A stretch of DNA of 64,000 bases from Tubulanus polymorphus (taxonomy: Eukaryota; Animalia; Nemertea), in assembly GCF_964204645.1 (NCBI RefSeq), contig NW_027437458.1, positions 34,001 through 98,000 of the forward strand. Reading direction: 5' to 3'. Both the position numbers and the translations under genes were made by a program. The notes under the pieces were generated by a model that saw nothing but the letters and a program-made list of their open reading frames with translations, ran no database searches and had not been told where the DNA came from. This document shows, piece by piece, positions 61,630 through 64,000 of this stretch (the first letter of the stretch is position 1; every line of letters begins with the position of its first letter).

Positions 61630-63810
61630 GTAGACAGCATGGACTCAGTAAAAGACGATTAGACCAGTATTGGGTTATGTAAGCAGTTATCCCAATTACG
61701 GGAAATTGCTGGAACTGTTGCTGGCTTTTCAACACAACTGCAGTGCTCAAGCAGATTCTGTTAGAGAAAAGAGCTGCAGAAATAGGTCTAGAAAATTGGA
61801 CCCCAGAAGGATTCCATCGATAAAAACATTAAGATTATTGTGGAAGGTGGAAGAGTATGTTTTCAGTTTCAATTACGTTTAGTTACCTAATTTGTTCCGC
61901 TTTACGAGGCGTAATATTTTTATTAAAGCCGCTACAATATTTGACCCACTCAAGTCTTTTTGCCCGTGTCATTGAGAGTCCCAAGATCCTGCTACAAGAA
62001 ATTTAGGAAGCAGGTTATGACTGGGATGATGAATTAGATCACGTGTTAGTGTGAAAAGCAAAAAACTGGTTTGATGAGTTGTGTAATCTGTCGTTGGTGA
62101 ACATACCTAGGTGATTACGCTTAGACCAGGAACTAGTCATCGACTCCATGGAGATGCACTCCTTCATTGATGCCTCCCAAAAAACATACGGTGCCATTAT
62201 GCTCGATATGTGTTTAACTAGTGAAGTGTCGTGTCGTATCGTGGCATCAAAAACTAAAGCTGATTGCAACTTCCATACCTCGCTTAGAACTTATGGTGAA
62301 ATTATTGGGATTGAAGTTGTCTCTTCTCGTTAAAGCGTTAGAAATCTCAATTAATGACCGTCTGTTTACGTCAAACAGTATGGATGTTCTCTGTTGGATT
62401 TGCTGTCTAGTAGAACATTCAATCCATTTGTTGCTAACTGTATAGGTTATATTCTGTCTAATTAGGACCCTAGCCAGTTGTGCTACGTATTAACGCTTGG
62501 TAACCTGGCAGATCCAGAATCTCGTGGAACAACCGTTTCAAAGTAAGTTGACTGTCAGATATGTTAGAATGGACCAGGTTACTTAATGATAAGTAATAAG
62601 TATGTGGCCGCGAGAAGTCATGGATCTTCATCCGAAGAACTCTGTTGATAAGAAAGCCAAATCGAGTTTGTATGTTACAGTTGCGGATGCTAATTAGAGG
62701 CTTGAACCAACGGGGTTTTCAAGTCTGACTGAGTTGAATACTGTGAACTAGCTTGATCATGATGGGTTTATGCGTTTGGACGGCTGACTCAAATATGTTA
62801 AATTTCTACATTTGCGTTTCCCTATTCTTTTACCAAGAAAGAATTTGGTAAGGAAACTGATTGTAAAACATCACCAATGTTGCAGCGACGAATCATATGC
62901 TGTCGGATATTTTGGCTTGTTATTGGATTATATCAGTGCAAAAAGCTGGTCATGAATGGGAGAATGAGTGAGCAGTGTGTACGAGGCATGAAGCTAAACT
63001 TGGAAATCAGATCATGGCTCTGCTGCCTTACATTCATCTGCGTTTGTCATTCAGAGCATTTAGTTCTACTACCGTGGTCTTCACTGGTCTGTTTCTTATG
63101 AAAAAAGATAAAGTTTGCGCGAAATTGATATTTATGTCTGTTCACATGTTTGAAGATACGGGCAGTTCATTTAGAAATGGCATATGGCCTTGAAACAGCT
63201 TTCTGGATGCATTTTAATCGATTTTTAAACCATCGTGGTTTGCCCCGCAGAGATGAACTCAGATAACAAAATAAATTTGTGGAAGCAGACAAGAAACTAC
63301 TGGAGTTGGTCGAATTAATTGATAAAGACAAAGCGCAGAACTTCAATACAGCAGTGAAGGGGTACTTTAATCCCCCAGCCACTCCACGTTTCGGGGGAGT
63401 ACATGAATCAATGGAAATGTACGCAAAACATGCCGTGTGTAGGATTTTAAATAACATAAATGACAAGGAATTGTGTTCAGTATTCACAGGTGCTGAGTCG
63501 TTATTAAATTAGTGGCCATTACCCTATCCATTGCCTTATGCACTGTTCCGCTTACCCCTAACAACTTCTTATTTGGACTGTCAGGTAGAAGATTCGCACC
63601 AGAGTGAGTGATTTCATTAGGCTTTATTCCTAGATGTCAGTGGAGAAGGGTACATGAGTTAGTCAAACAATTTTAGCGCTGCTAGCTAAAAGAGTGGTTT
63701 CCTGAACAAAATTCTATGAAAAAGTGGGTTCACCCTCAGCCTGATTTAAGGGTCAGAGATATTGTTTTGGTTGTGGTACATGATACTTCTAGCGGTGGAT
63801 AGCCATTAGG
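61630..63810 (+). mobile_element. BEL/Pao pol remnant (RT end, RNase H, integrase), heavily decayed
   Basis: IFDPL, FIDASQKTYGA, SIPRLEL, NLAD..SRG, AVHLE, NFVEA, PPATPRFGGVHE across shifting frames. Confidence 0.88.
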
Positions 63811-64000
63811 ATCACCCAGATCCGCTGATGGTTTCTTATAAGTTACTACCGAGCACAAGTAAGACAAGTATTATAAGCTGGTACGACTTTTGTTGTCAAA
63901 CTAGTGAGTCGACTGGCATTGATATGTGTCCTGCCTGAATAGCATGGTTTCGGTAGGATTTGAGCCCACCTCCTGGATAGTGAGTCAACACCTTATCCAC

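Overview
AT-rich eukaryotic DNA, most likely from an invertebrate animal (inferred from the TE content and intron style; the taxon cannot be named from sequence alone). The backbone is a plus-strand host gene with five phase-compatible exons (2480-2644, 11404-11482, 45670-45806, 48484-48969, 61023-61164) that continues past the window and has no recognisable gene name. Its introns are almost entirely nested transposable elements. Intron 1 holds a pogo-type DD35D transposon (3343-11051) whose transposase gene appears to have about 11 introns, plus Helentron-associated (HINE/DINE-1-like) elements. Intron 2 holds a Neptune-like Penelope element interrupted by a 25 kb Gypsy (14567-39500, TSD TAAA, tRNA-Lys PBS, candidate -1 frameshift signal). 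That Gypsy contains a 5'-deleted DIRS, MITEs and a CR1/L2-group LINE, and the LINE contains a piggyBac with an intact ORF and a second HINE. A Gmr1-type Gypsy with a nested hammerhead-bearing Penelope follows. Intron 4 holds a piggyBac-like non-autonomous element containing a Kolobok-like element and a hAT. A decayed BEL/Pao ends the window. I found no CRISPR array, rRNA, true tRNA or multi-gene system, and cannot demonstrate a new biological system. The best leads are: two unrelated piggyBac-like elements both flanked by 5-bp TTTAA repeats rather than TTAA; the intron-rich pogo transposase; a host intron whose two ends coincide with the two ends of a HINE; an inverted pair of complementary hammerhead remnants; and inverted MITE copies bracketing exons 3-4. 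All coordinates were read by eye and may be off by a few bases.
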